Positions 44,031-58,488 of a DNA stretch of 64,000 nucleotides are shown piece by piece (position 1 is the stretch's first letter; every line of letters starts with the position of its first letter). The stretch lies in the NCBI RefSeq assembly GCF_009914755.1, contig NC_060926.1; one strand, 5' to 3'. Position numbers and translations under genes: made by a program. Source of the DNA: the human T2T-CHM13v2.0 reference genome, Homo sapiens. The notes beneath the pieces are model-generated. The model saw nothing but the letters and a program-made list of their open reading frames with translations, was not told where the DNA came from and did no database searches.

Positions 44031-47000
44031 GTAAGCTTGAGGCGCTGATAAAAACTCTCTACCCTAATGTTTACTCCATGTTTTTTCCAAATGAAACTTC
44101 TGTCAGCTAGAATCCTTGTCATAGTGTTTTAGAGGTTTTTTTCTGCTACTCTCTTCTTTTTTTATATATATTCTTTTTGTAAATAAAAATGGTATGACCT
44201 TCCTAAAGGCCCCACCTTTAGAAATGGGTTAAATGAAAAGATCTTTACTAATGTAATAGAAAAGAACTGATGAACATAGTGCACTGAATATGGTTACATT
44301 TGACAAACCAAAGTTAGTCCTGTTCTTATTTGAGTTTAAGCGGTAAGATTAGGTCAAACTCCAGACGAGGGAAAGATATTCTTAAACAGATTTTAAGTCC
44401 TCTGTTTTCTGGTAACTTTAATTGTCTTATGCTGCTAGTAGTCATATTAAATATTTATTTAGAGAAGTGAAAATGCCTACTCTTGAACAGAGTTTCTTCC
44501 CCTTTCGTTTTATGAAACCTAAGAAAAGAAAGTTGATACACTTTTTAAAAATATACTAGATTTTCTTTTTTCCTTTCTGCTTTTATTTTGAGGCCAGTGG
44601 GGTGTTATTTAGTAGTAACACTGAAGCAAATGTATTGATTTTCTTAACGTGTTCAGCAAGTAATTCATATCCTAGATATGAAATATACACTCGTAGCAGA
44701 GTAATGTTACCCATTTCTCAATGATATGCTTAAAGAATCTTGCTCAATATGCATATTGTTTTTCCTTTTTTCTTTACTAATGAAAAACTACACGCTTTCT
44801 CAACATATTTTTAAGTCAGGTTCTAAACTTTGAACTCCTATGTACAATTTGCTTATTTCAGGCATGAATGTGAAACTGTGTAAAGATTAACTACCAGACA
44901 CTCAGTCATTTATTTAACTATTTAGCCCTAAATCAGTGGGTGACTAGGAGATTCTGAATTCTGTGATTTCGTTAAAATCAATCAGTTTTTAATTATTATA
45001 CAAGCTTTTTACTTTAAAGTTGTAGCTGTCTAAATAAAATTGTGAAAGCACAATTTCCAAACCTAAATCGAAGGCACATTGATGCTGTCCATCAGAAGGT
45101 ATTGATAATTTAAAAAAATATTACAAACTATCTTTTATCTTTTTATAAAGGACCTAATGTCATTTGAGCTTAACCATAATCCTTTGAAGAAAGTAAAATT
45201 TAACTTTAAATAACATTGACATACAGAGAAGTTAGGTGATTTGTCTGAGACCATATGGTATGTATGTCCCCCGTCTTGATAAAATTAACACTAAATATGT
45301 AACATTTGAAAATTTGTAAAATATGTAAAAGTTGAAGTTTTTAAAAGTTTGGATTTAAGTTCTTCCTTTCAGAATATGAGCATGTCACTTTATTTGCAAA
45401 CTAAACATGGCATAACATTATGGCTTGTGAACACTAATTGTCTTAGCTGCTGGGGTGAATGCAGAATTAAGCAGCAATTAGTATGAGTGAATAAATTGCA
45501 TCCTTAGAGTGAGTGCACTATGCTATTCTGGGAACTAAAGACTATATTTGAGACCATGCGAAGTTGTGCAAGTGGTGGAGTAGGGCAGGGTGCAGTCATT
45601 TGGAAGACTATGCCCATCGGGTATCTCAAGGTACCCCAGATGTGACAGGCCCAGGAGCGGAACCAGCCACTTTAACTTTTGCCTGGCTGAAACTGGACTG
45701 GGAAGGATGGATTAAAAAGGTAAATCAATTCATACGTAGCTTGTGGTCCTTTGCAGCTTAAGTGTAGGACTGAAAAAAGAAGCCAAAGAAAAAGGGAATG
45801 AGCTGAAGAAATACACACACGTACACACACACATCAGGAAGCAACAGGCAAGGAAAAATAAAGTGAGAGGTTCAAGGCTTCGAGGAGGAATTGAGCTCTG
45901 TGCATTCCATTCATGGGCTTTGCCAAAGACCAGCACAATGGACTCAGCATCTCAGGCATGGTTAAGTACCCTACTGTGCACTCTGCTATCCTTTTAGTCC
46001 ACTGGTTTCTACTCTGTCTGTGCCAGGTTTTCATCTCAATATAGAGGAAAAGGATTCTGATGCCTCAGGATTATTACAAGCATTAAATAAGATACAGATA
46101 GAATGACGCTAATGAGTATCATTTTTAAAATAAGGAAAGTTGAATTTTATTCAGAATCTGTTGGTAACAAACTAATCTCTTTATTTAAGTAACCCCACTT
46201 AGAGTTTAAAGTCACCTCCAATCAACTCAAAGGGCTGACCTCCCAAAGAAAGTCTCAAATATAAGGCAAGCTCTCTTGATTCTGAATTTCATTAGAAATG
46301 TTTGTCTAAGTCTTTCTCATATGGTCAGAATGAGAGAGGGTGCCCTTCTAGTAATATGTCATTATGTCAAATAATTCATCAACCAATTTTGTTTATTCTC
46401 TCGAACTGCCACTTTGGCGGCAGGGGTACTCTGTCTAAACGAGATGTCTATAAAGATAAATTAAACATGATTCAGGCCCCCAGGTAGAGTTCAGTTCAGT
46501 AGGGTAGAACAGCAACTCAGTCCAGCTACCATCAGTAATATGTTTGTAGTAAGACTAATCTGAGAGTAAGGCAGAAAAACATCTCATGGAATTTTAGGAA
46601 TAGCCAAGAAGATGGGTCCCCTGGAGACTTGCACATAGCATGTTGCATGAAGGATTCAGTGACTTGCAAGATGGGCTTGTCTTGTCACCTTTTCAGGAGA
46701 CATAGCTGTTCAATCCCTTGCCATTGTGTAACTAAGTGACTCTTACTTGCTGCTGGAATCACTTCATGCTTTTCATGCTTTAACAATCAGTGGTTCTGTT
46801 TTACTTTGAAAAATGAGTCATTCTATGACAGTATTCCTCCTAGACCCTAGCATTTCATAGCTTCTATCTATGATTATTTTAAATTCTAGCTCCTGTATCT
46901 AACTGAATGAATAAGCACATCCCACAGCTCAGATTCCTGAAAGAATTTGATTATGTACTCAGCTAAACATCATCACTGTTTGGTTAGAGCTTTTATAGCA

Positions 47001-47638
47001 AATAATTCACAGATCTTTGATGAAACTACATTGTCTTTAGTGGGTAAGTGTCCAACAGAGGTCTAATAAACTATGACCAGGCAATTGATAATGCCAAGCG
47101 GTAGAGACACAGTGATCTCTCTTCAAAATGCAGTTTCCTTCATCAGAAAGCTATGTGTGGGGAGCCATTTAGAATCAAGTTTCAGGCATAGCAAATGTTT
47201 TTGATCTTTCCTATCCATACATATGTCCAAATAAATATAGTACCTGGCAGAATGTATTATTATCGTAAGTAAAGTACATAAGTGTGCTCTTAAGTGTTAT
47301 TGGTGTTCAGAGGAAGACAGGCTACTTTTGCCTGAGACATCCTAACAGGCCTCTTGAAAAAAGCATTGGAGCATTAGGTCTTTGAAAGTTGGCTAGAATC
47401 CAAACAAGTTGAAGGGGAGCAAAACATTTTAGGCAAAGGAAATGGCATGAGAAAAATCACAGAAATAGAAAATTTCATGTGGAGGACAAATAATACTTAT
47501 GGTCAGATATTGAAAGCACCATCCATCAATGTTGAAATCCTACACTTTTGTACAGAACCATGGATTGAAGCAGTTAGGAGTCACAACTGATATCAAAGTA
47601 AAAAACATGCAATGGTGAACCTTGGTATCTTTGTCTAG

Positions 47639-47724
47639 GAATATAAAGAATGGCTTATCAGTGGAGACCATCGACAGTTGAGAAAAGAAGAAGCCCAAAA
47701 AGTACAAGAATGAAAATCGAGAGT
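47639..47724 (+). other. KYNU: Probable optional 5'UTR cassette exon of KYNU (86 nt)
   Basis: Acceptor tatctttgtctAG (47637-47638), donor AGT|GTAAGA (47725), purine-rich GAAGAA-type body. Resembles the extra leader exon I recall in a KYNU transcript variant (not verified). Confidence 0.65.
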
Positions 47725-48048
47725 GTAAGAAGAATGTCTGTTTTACTGGCATTATCTAACACTCAGATATGCAACTCTTTATTGCCAAACACTGTGTGTG
47801 TTAGTTAAGGTAAAAGGTGAAGGGAGGCAGAAGAATGGAGATTGAATTGAATTCTAGAGCTTTAGTTCTGTGTGAGTTTGGGCCCCCAGAAGTTCTAGAC
47901 ATTAAGTACAGTCTGAATTGAGAAATATTAAACATATCTTGTGATCCAATATTCCCCTAAGTTATACACTCAAATATCCAATGACCAGCTTGACATTTCT
48001 ACCTGCATGTTCAATACTTATTTGAAACTTAATATATCCTAAATATAA

Positions 48049-48345
48049 TTTTTTTTTAAACAGTCATGCTCTGTTGCCCAGGATGGAGTGCAGTGGCACA
48101 ATTAGCTCACTGCAACCTCAGACTGCTGGTCTCCTACCCCATCCTCCTCGGTAGCTAGGACCACAGGTGCATGCCAGTGCCAGCACACCTGGCTTTTCTT
48201 TTCTTTTTTTTTTTTTTTTTTTTTTTTTTGTAGAGATGACATCTTGCTACGTTGTCCAGACTGGTCTCAAACTCCTGGCTTCAAGCAATCCCCTGCCTCG
48301 GCCTCCCAGTGCTGGGGTAACAGGTGTGAACCACCACAACCAGCC
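48049..48345 (-). mobile_element. AluJ-like
   Basis: Diverged antisense dimer. Confidence 0.85.
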
Positions 48346-48624
48346 TGCTAAACTGAATTCCAATTTCCCTCCTCAAAATTTTTCTTCCCCAGGTATTTTT
48401 ATTTCATCATATTTCACATATTTGCCCATATCCCAAAGCTAGAAGAAAGCTCCTTTCCTGTCCTCACTAGAAATAATCTATCCACCAGTCCTATCTACTT
48501 TTTCTCCAAACTACATCATAAATCCACACTCTTCTCTCTACCTTTGCCCTCATCACCAAATTTAATTCACCACCGTTTCTCTCCTGAACTACTGTGTTAT
48601 CCTTAATCGGTCTCCCTTTTCAAC

Positions 48625-49343
48625 TTTTTTTTTTTAATTATACTTTAAGTTCTAGGGTACATGTGCACAACGTGTAGGTTTGTTATATATGTATATATGT
48701 GCCATGTCAGTTTGCTGCACCCATTAACTCGTCATTTACATTACATATTTCTCCTACTGCTATTCCTCCCCCATCCCCCCACTCCACGACAGGCTCCGGT
48801 GTGTGATGTTCCCCGCCCTGTGTCCAAGTGTTCTCATTGTTCAGTTCCCACCTGTGAGTGAGAACATGTGGTGTTTGGTTTTCTGTCCTTGCGATAGTTT
48901 GCTCAGAATGATGGTTTCCAGCTTCATCCATGTTGCTGCAAAGGACATGAACTCATCCTTTTTTATGGCTGCATAGTATTCCATGGTGTATATGTGTCAC
49001 ATTTTCTTAATCCAGTCTATCATTGATGGACATTTGGGTTGGTTCCAAGTGTTTGCTATTGTGAATAGTGCTGCAATAAACATACATGTGCATGTGTCTT
49101 TATAGCAGCATGATTTATAATCCTTTGGGTATATATGCAGTAATGGGATTGCTGGGTCAAATGGTATTTCTGCTTCTAGATCCTTGAGGAATCACCACAC
49201 TGTCTTCCACAATGGTTGAACTAGTTTACAGTCCCACCAACAGTGTAAAAGTGTTCCTGTTTCTCCACATCCTCTCCAGCACCTGTTGTTTCCTGACTTT
49301 TTAATGATCGCCATTCTAACCGACATGAGGTGGTATCTCACTG
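48625..49343 (-). mobile_element. L1PA 3' fragment
   Basis: Poly-T head, then ttatactttaagttctagggtacatgtgcac..., through the ORF2 C-terminal region. Confidence 0.95.
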
Positions 49344-49480
49344 TTTTTAAAACTCATTACAGAGCTAAGTGGTTTTTATTTAATGTAAATTTATATCACA
49401 TTACTTTTCTACTCAAAACTCCCCAATGGTATCCCATTAAACTTATAAAATTTCAGTTTTCTTTCTGGCTCCCAAATTTC

Positions 49481-49789
49481 TTTTTTTTTTTTTTTTTTTT
49501 TTTTTGAGATGGAGTCTCGCTGTCGCCCAGGCTGGAGTGCAGTGGTGCAACCTCGGCTCACTGCAGGCTCCACCCCCCGGGGTTCACGCCATTCTCCTGC
49601 CTCAGCTTCCCGAGTAGCTGGGACTACAGGCGCCCGCCACCTCGCACGGCTAATTTTTTTTTTGTATTTTTAGTAGAGACGGGGCTTCACCGTGTTAGCC
49701 AGGACGGTCTTGATCTCCTGACCTCGTGATCCGCCTGCCTCTGCCTCCCAAAGTGCTGGGATTACAGGCGTGAGCCACTGCGCCTGGCC
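49481..49789 (-). mobile_element. AluY
   Basis: CpG-rich, long poly-T, TSD ccaaatttct. Confidence 0.93.
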
Positions 49790-50916
49790 CCAAATTTCTT
49801 TATGACTACCTTCTGCCTTTGTTTTTTGCATATCACAGTTTGTCATTCCTCCTTCCCTCTTTTTCCCTCCCTAGTGCATTTAGTTGAACAAGCCAAGCCC
49901 ATTTCCACCCCAGGAACTTTGCACTTGTTGCCAGGTTCCTCCAGGTCCAGGTCTTCACATGATGTAGACATTCTCATCTATCACTTTCTCAGAAGGATGA
50001 ACATGACCCTTTAAGGTAGCTCTTCCACACTCCAGTGACTCTGTCCCATTACTCTGCTGTTTCCTCATAGCTCTTAAGTCTGAAACTACATTGTTTTTCT
50101 ATTCTTCATTTACAAATAAATTGTACAAGGGTTGGCACTTATGCACTCTCTCATACACTGCTGTCCTGCCATTACTGGGAGTCACATAATAGGTACCAAA
50201 TAAATACTTGTTGAAAGAGTAAATAAATGTATAAATTAAATGAAATCAGCAAAACTATATGTAAATCTAACTAGCCCAAAGAAATTTTATTTCCTGTAAT
50301 ATCATTTTGTTCAAAAAACCAAACTTAGGAGAGGAGAAATATAAACAAACAAGCTTGGGTGAAGTTTAAAACATATGTGATTAAATCTCCATTGTCATTT
50401 ATCCTTTTCCAAAAAGTGGGAAATGTTGCATGATGATTAAACAGAATACAATGTGGTTTCAAGAAACATCACACAATCCTGTTTGTTCTAAGATAATAAA
50501 TATGGTGTTGAAAGGAAGAAATTTATAATTACTAACAGCAGCAGGTGGATGAATCTCTTTGGTATTCATATGAACAAAATACTAACATTTTAAGTAAAGT
50601 TACCTTTTCCATGAATATGGTTTTCACTCACAAAAAAGGATTTTGTTCAGGTTCAATATGTCCATAGTTTTAAAACCATGATCCAAGAACCACTGGGGGT
50701 GGGACAGTGGAGTTGGGATATGGAGAAAGACAAGCTAAGTGGGATGCTGCTTTTCGACACTTTGACAAAGATCATCCTTACCATTATCTCCTCATAAGAT
50801 ACCTAGAGGAAAAGGTGATGACATTATATATATTTGGAAGCCACAAGTGTGGTACATATTTCTAGATAATAAGAATGGAATGAGCTAACATTTATTGGGA
50901 ACTTACTCTGTCCTGA

Positions 50917-51537
<621 letters not shown>

Positions 51538-51549
51538 GAGTCTTAGTGA

Positions 51550-51888
<339 letters not shown>

Positions 51889-53141
51889 TAATCTTTGAAA
51901 ATCATTGTTGTATTACATAATAGAGCTGTTGCAATTATGTTTGAAAAGCAGAAGATCCCTGGTGCTCTCAATCAACCTGTCAGCCTACCTTAGCCTCAAA
52001 TTATCTGTTTTCTCCCCTCCTCTGAATGAAATACATGCAGGGTACTTATACTGTCAACTACTTCTCTGAACAATTGAGTGACTGATTGAAAATTACAGGC
52101 AGATACATTTACTTGTTCTCTAAGCACTTGGGATTCAAAGCAATTATTTTAGAATGCAGTGTTAGAATAGCTCTTATATTCTGGCACTTAGTTTATAATA
52201 ATATGATGTTTGTCTTAGAGAAAATATTGTTTTGTGACCTGGATATATTAGGAGGGATGTTATATGAATAGCCATCTTTGCATGCTGTAAAGATGGCGAG
52301 TGTAAGAGTTACCAAGAAAAGAAACAACAAATGCCCAACAAATACATACTACATTTTAAAATAATGTAGTAATCTGACTCTGTTCTGGGTTTGAGGAAGT
52401 CATTTAAAAAAATAAAACATAAGTAGCAAAGGTATAACAATAAAAAATGATTCATCATATTTAGCTTTACTCCATTTTACATTAATAAAAAAGGTTCCCA
52501 GGTTGAATGGAATTAGTCTACCAAACTGGGTTTCGCATCCTTTATAATAGTCTGATTCCATTTTTATTCAGATTAAATAAGGTACAATTTTGGGTCCAGT
52601 ACTCAGGAGCCATGAAGGTCAGCTAATACAATTTTAGGATGTCTGGTTTGTATAACACTAATATATACTATGTAATAAATGTTAAAAACACCTATTTGTC
52701 TTCAGCTATGTACCCAACAACCTATAGAATTCTGGAAGAATGAAAGAAGAGAAATACCTGTATCTGACTTAAAATTGTGTAGTATAAGTTGAGGGAGATA
52801 TTGATGGAAATGACAGCTAGAAGAGACGAAATAAAATGAGGCTATAAGTGATCTGAGACCATAGAAGAAAAATCTTCTAGGTCATTCTAGAATCGAAAAT
52901 TAAAAGGACATTTTTATTTGAATTGTAAGGGATAAAATACTGCTATGGGAGTGAATTGTGAGGAAATAAAATTTAGGAAAGGAATTCTTAACGGAAATGG
53001 GAGATAAGGGGCTTGGTGATATGTGCATCACACAATGTGGAAACCTTTAGAAACAGCGAGGACCCACATGAGACAAGTCAGGTCTGGTTGATGGTGGCCC
53101 TGCCCTGATGTGCTCTCTGGCCTACAGGGCTCCTGTACTGA

Positions 53142-54226
<1,085 letters not shown>

Positions 54227-54457
54227 GTTTTCCCCTTAGAGAAAAGCAGCATTGTACATATAATCACTTCTGTTATACTTAAAAGTTGACTTAGTATCCT
54301 AATTATAGGTATAATATTGATTTTGATTAGTTATCCAATAGAAAGTAACTGAAGGATTACAACCTTGGATAAGTCATTGCTGATTCTTAAAGATAAGAGA
54401 TAGAAATTGGTTTAATAAAGAATTTAAATAGTTTGCTTGTTTAAAAAATATAGTTTT

Positions 54458-54752
54458 GCTGGACACGGTGGCTCACATCTGTAATCCCAGCACTTAGGGA
54501 GGCGGAGGCTGGAGGATCACTTGAGTCTAGAAGTTTGATACCAGCCTGGGCAACATGACAAAACCCCATCTGTACAAATAATACAAAAATTAATTAGGCG
54601 TGATGGCATGTGCTTTTACTGCCAGTTACTCTGGAGGCTGAAGTGGGAGGATCACCTAAGCCCAGTAGTTCAAGGCTGCAGTGAGCCATGATCACACCAC
54701 TGAACTCCAGCCTGGGTGACAGAGCAAGACCCTGTCTCTAAATAACAATAAT
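54458..54752 (+). mobile_element. AluJ-like
   Basis: Full dimer. Confidence 0.9.
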
Positions 54753-54809
54753 TATTCTAATAATTTTGAATGATGTAAAACTTTATTAACCCCAAGTGTT
54801 CTTCTACAT

Positions 54810-54950
54810 CAGTGATTGTCAAAATGTGATCCCTTGACCAAAAGCATGAGGTTCACTAGAGATCTTATTAAAAATACAAGTTCTTGTGTCCTAACTCAGA
54901 ATTACTGAATCAGATTGTTAAGGTGAGGCCCAGCCTTCTATTCTAGATCC
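54810..54950. mobile_element. MER5A-like (hAT-Charlie) fragment
   Basis: cagtgattgtcaaaatgtgatccc...cagaattactgaatcaga...gtgaggcccagc. Confidence 0.65.
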
Positions 54951-55390
54951 TCTAGGATAAGATGGTATCCTAGAGTTGGGTCAATTAATTCCCCTTCTTA
55001 CTATTCTCACGCCAGTTGCATCTTAATGTCTAAGGATTCATGTATTCGGCAAATATTTAATAGTCAGTTACCCTACTCGAGACACTTCTGTCAGAACGGT
55101 TCAGAGAACCAAAGAGCAAAGCTGTCGCATACTTGAACGTGTATCTAGTATGACAACAGATAATAACCAAACTTAGAAACAATTATGCTCTACCATCATG
55201 TAGCACTCTAAATGATAATGAGGGCTGTGAAGATAAGGGTGTGACCTTACCCACAGAAATATGGTGAGGTGCCATCTGAACAAAGATGACAGCACAGTGA
55301 GGAAGTGAGCCTCATGGAGCACAGGTGAAGCTGAGCCTGGTCGTGGTCCACGTTTATGCTGAACAGAGGTACCAACTCAGGAGCACATGA

Positions 55391-55918
55391 TGTAGGAGCA
55401 AAAAGATAACACATTTTTCATAACCATCACAAGGGGCATGGCTGATGTTTCTATAACAAAGACAGGTTAGCAAGAGAAAAACCCAGGGAAAACTTGAGAT
55501 TTTATGCTAAGTTGAATGAAAGAAATGAATAGATGTGACTAAATAGAATTGGAATGAAATATGATCTAACCGTAATCAACAGACAGTGGCGGGGGGACTC
55601 AGCAAGTCCTGTATTTTTGGATTCTTCTTGCTCCCTCGGTGTAGCATTTCTTCCCTCTGCATATAGGGCAGGACACCTGTCATATGAAAGTCTATCCGGG
55701 AGAAGGGAAAAGGTCAGTGCGTGAGCTTTCTAGGTTTTAAGGCTTGCTGTAGGAGAGGATTTCAGTTTCTTTGACTCACCTGGCTGCAGGACACAGGGCA
55801 GGGGATTGGAGAAGATCAGAAAGACCTTGTTTCTGAGGCCCTCTCAATCTCCTTCAGTTCCAAGTACTCAGCATTCCAAGGCACTGTATTTTAGAATACT
55901 ATGTTCTGACCCCCAACG
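55391..55918 (-). mobile_element. MER39/MER34-group ERV1 solo LTR
   Basis: Right end ctccttcagttccaagtactcagcattccaagg...ttctgacccccaac is the reverse complement of a MER39-like start. Confidence 0.6.
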
Positions 55919-56750
55919 GTGTTGAAATTTCCTTCTTTTTTGTTTTGACAAGATGTGAATTCATCAGGAAACCAGTGTTCCCTATCTTATTAAAGCCTTC
56001 CAAGAGCATCTAAAAATGGTAAAGCATGTCGGATTATTTTTGGAGACTAGCATAACACCAAGAAAATAAACTTTCTTTAGCAGTTCTGAACAATGAAAAA
56101 CAGAACAGAAATAAACAAGTTTTGAACAAATGAAAGGATCACAACTCCCAATATGAGATTTTTTTTTTTAATCTTGAAGAAAGTCTACAGGCATAGCCTG
56201 TACTTTTTTGATGTTTTTCTATTATATATTATGTTTTCTCTGGGTTTCTAATATAAATTTTATTAAAATAAGTACTTTCATTTTCTATTCTTAGATGGTG
56301 CCTGAGATGTTATCAGAGAAAGGGGTCAAAAATATTTTTAATCAGCTTTTGTACTTATGTTCAACATTGTCCTAAAGAGCACAGCTGAAAAATAAACAAG
56401 CAAAAGAAAGGAGGAAGAGAGAGAAGGAAAGAAAAGAAAGAAGGGAGGAAAAAAGGAAGAGATAAGAAAGAAATAAAAAGAAAAGCAAGAGAAATGCAAG
56501 GCATACATGTGGAAAGATATCTTTCTAAAATTTTTAAAATAATAAATATTCCTGTTTGAAACATCCTCATACCTAAATTTCTGAAAGCATACTGGATAGC
56601 CCCATAAGATATATGGCTTTTGCACAGACACAGGACAAAGACAATCTTTTTCAGAGTGTCAAACTGCCATCCCAGAAACAAGTTGTGCAAATTTACATTT
56701 CCTCCAACAGTAAAGACAATTGCCTCACTAACTTTGGGGATCAGTAGGAT

Positions 56751-57052
56751 TGTTTTTGTTTCTGTTTTTTGGAGACAGGGTCTTGCTCTGTCACCCAGGC
56801 TGGAGTGCAGTGGCGTGATCTCAGCTCACTGCATCCTTGACCTCCCAAGCTGAAGTAATCCTCCTACCTTAGCTCCTGGGGTAGCTGGAACTACAGGTGC
56901 GTGCCACCATGCCCAGCTAATTTTTGTATTTTTTGTCAAGGCAGAGTTCTGCCATGTTGCTCAGGCTGGTCTCAAACTCCTGGACTCAAGTAGTCCTCCC
57001 GCCTCAGCCTACCAATGTGCTGGGATTACAGGTGTAAGCCACCATGCCAGGC
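56751..57052 (-). mobile_element. AluJ-like
   Basis: Antisense dimer. Confidence 0.9.
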
Positions 57053-58195
57053 AGGATTAGCAGTTTTAAGAATCTTTGCTCATTAGATAATAAAATAATT
57101 ATTCCATTCTTCTTTGAATTTGCAGTTCTTAGACAACCGTTGGAGATAGTTTTCATAAACTCCTTGGTCATTGCTTTCCTTTTTGTCTTAAGTTGCTCAT
57201 AATGTATACATTTAATTTTAAACTAAAATAAATATAAGTGGTAATGTTTCATTTTTTTTCTCTTAAGGATATAAACTCCTTCTCTCATATATCTTAGGAA
57301 TTTTAAGTGAAAATGTCCAGTTAATATAGCTGGCTAATAGCAGAACCAGAAATGGGTTCCAAATATTGTGACTGCTAGCCCATGTGTCTTGACTCAATCC
57401 TGCTTTTACTTTTTTAAAATCACTCAATTGAAGTATAATTTATGGACCATAAAATTCATCCATTTTAAGTATACAATTTAATAATTTTTAGTAATTGCAT
57501 ATGATTACACTACCATTATAATCCAATTTTAGAACATTTCTTCATTCCATTTTTTTATCTCTAGCCTAGGCAAACAGTAATCTACTGAACTTGCTGTTAT
57601 TTTGATCTATATAGAAGATTATTAACTCAAAGAATTTTTTTACTATTAAACTATATTTGGAGAAAAAAAAACGGTGCTGCTTTCAATATTCTTTTCATAG
57701 TCAAATAACCCTCTCCTTCAATCTTACCACACATCCAGGAGAGAGATCAGTAAGTTGACACCCAACTTTAGTAGACTTTAGTAAGTACTTATAAAATTTA
57801 AAGTTATCCAAACAAGATCTTTTATAATTTTGCACATGTAATTGTTTGGACTCAGATAAAATTGGCATAGCAAAATAATCATGCTTCAGTTTGTCTCCAG
57901 GGCTTCCATGTAACATAATAGAGAGCCTCTTAAACTCAACTGCTTTTAGGCTTAGAAGGCTGTGACAGATATGAGTTATCAGTGCATGAAATACAGGAAA
58001 GCATACTTTTCTCTATAAACTAGAATCTTTTATTCAACAACAGATAAAGATATGTTAAATAAAAGATTTTATCCAGCTATAAAAGGACATGTATTTATAA
58101 CTGTAATTTTGATAGTCTGATAAATCTCTAACTTTCATAAGAAAACAATTAAGAGTATTCCTTAGTTAAAAGTTTAATTTTGTAGACATTGAGAC

Positions 58196-58488
58196 TTTTT
58201 TTTTTTTAGATGGGGTCTCACTCTGTCACCCAGGCTGGAGTGTAGTGGTGCAATTTTGACTCAGAGCAACCTCCACCCCCTGAACTCAAAGAATCCTCCC
58301 TCCTCAGCCCCCCAATTAGGTGGGACTACAGATGCATACCACTACACCCAGATAACTGTTTGTATTTTTGGTGGAGACAGGGTTTCACCATGTTGCCCAT
58401 GCTTGTCTCAGACTCCTGAGCTCAAGTGATCTGCCCATCTCAGACTCCAAAGTGTTGGGATTACAGGCGTCAGCTGCCATGCCTGGCC
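58196..58488 (-). mobile_element. AluJ-like
   Basis: Diverged antisense dimer. Confidence 0.88.

Larger units (their letters stand above)
47945..50230 (+). mobile_element. L2 fragmented by nested AluJ, L1PA and AluY insertions
   Basis: L2-like pieces between the younger inserts (ctcaaaactccccaatgg; ctttgcacttgtt; taaatacttgttgaa 3' end). Confidence 0.6.
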
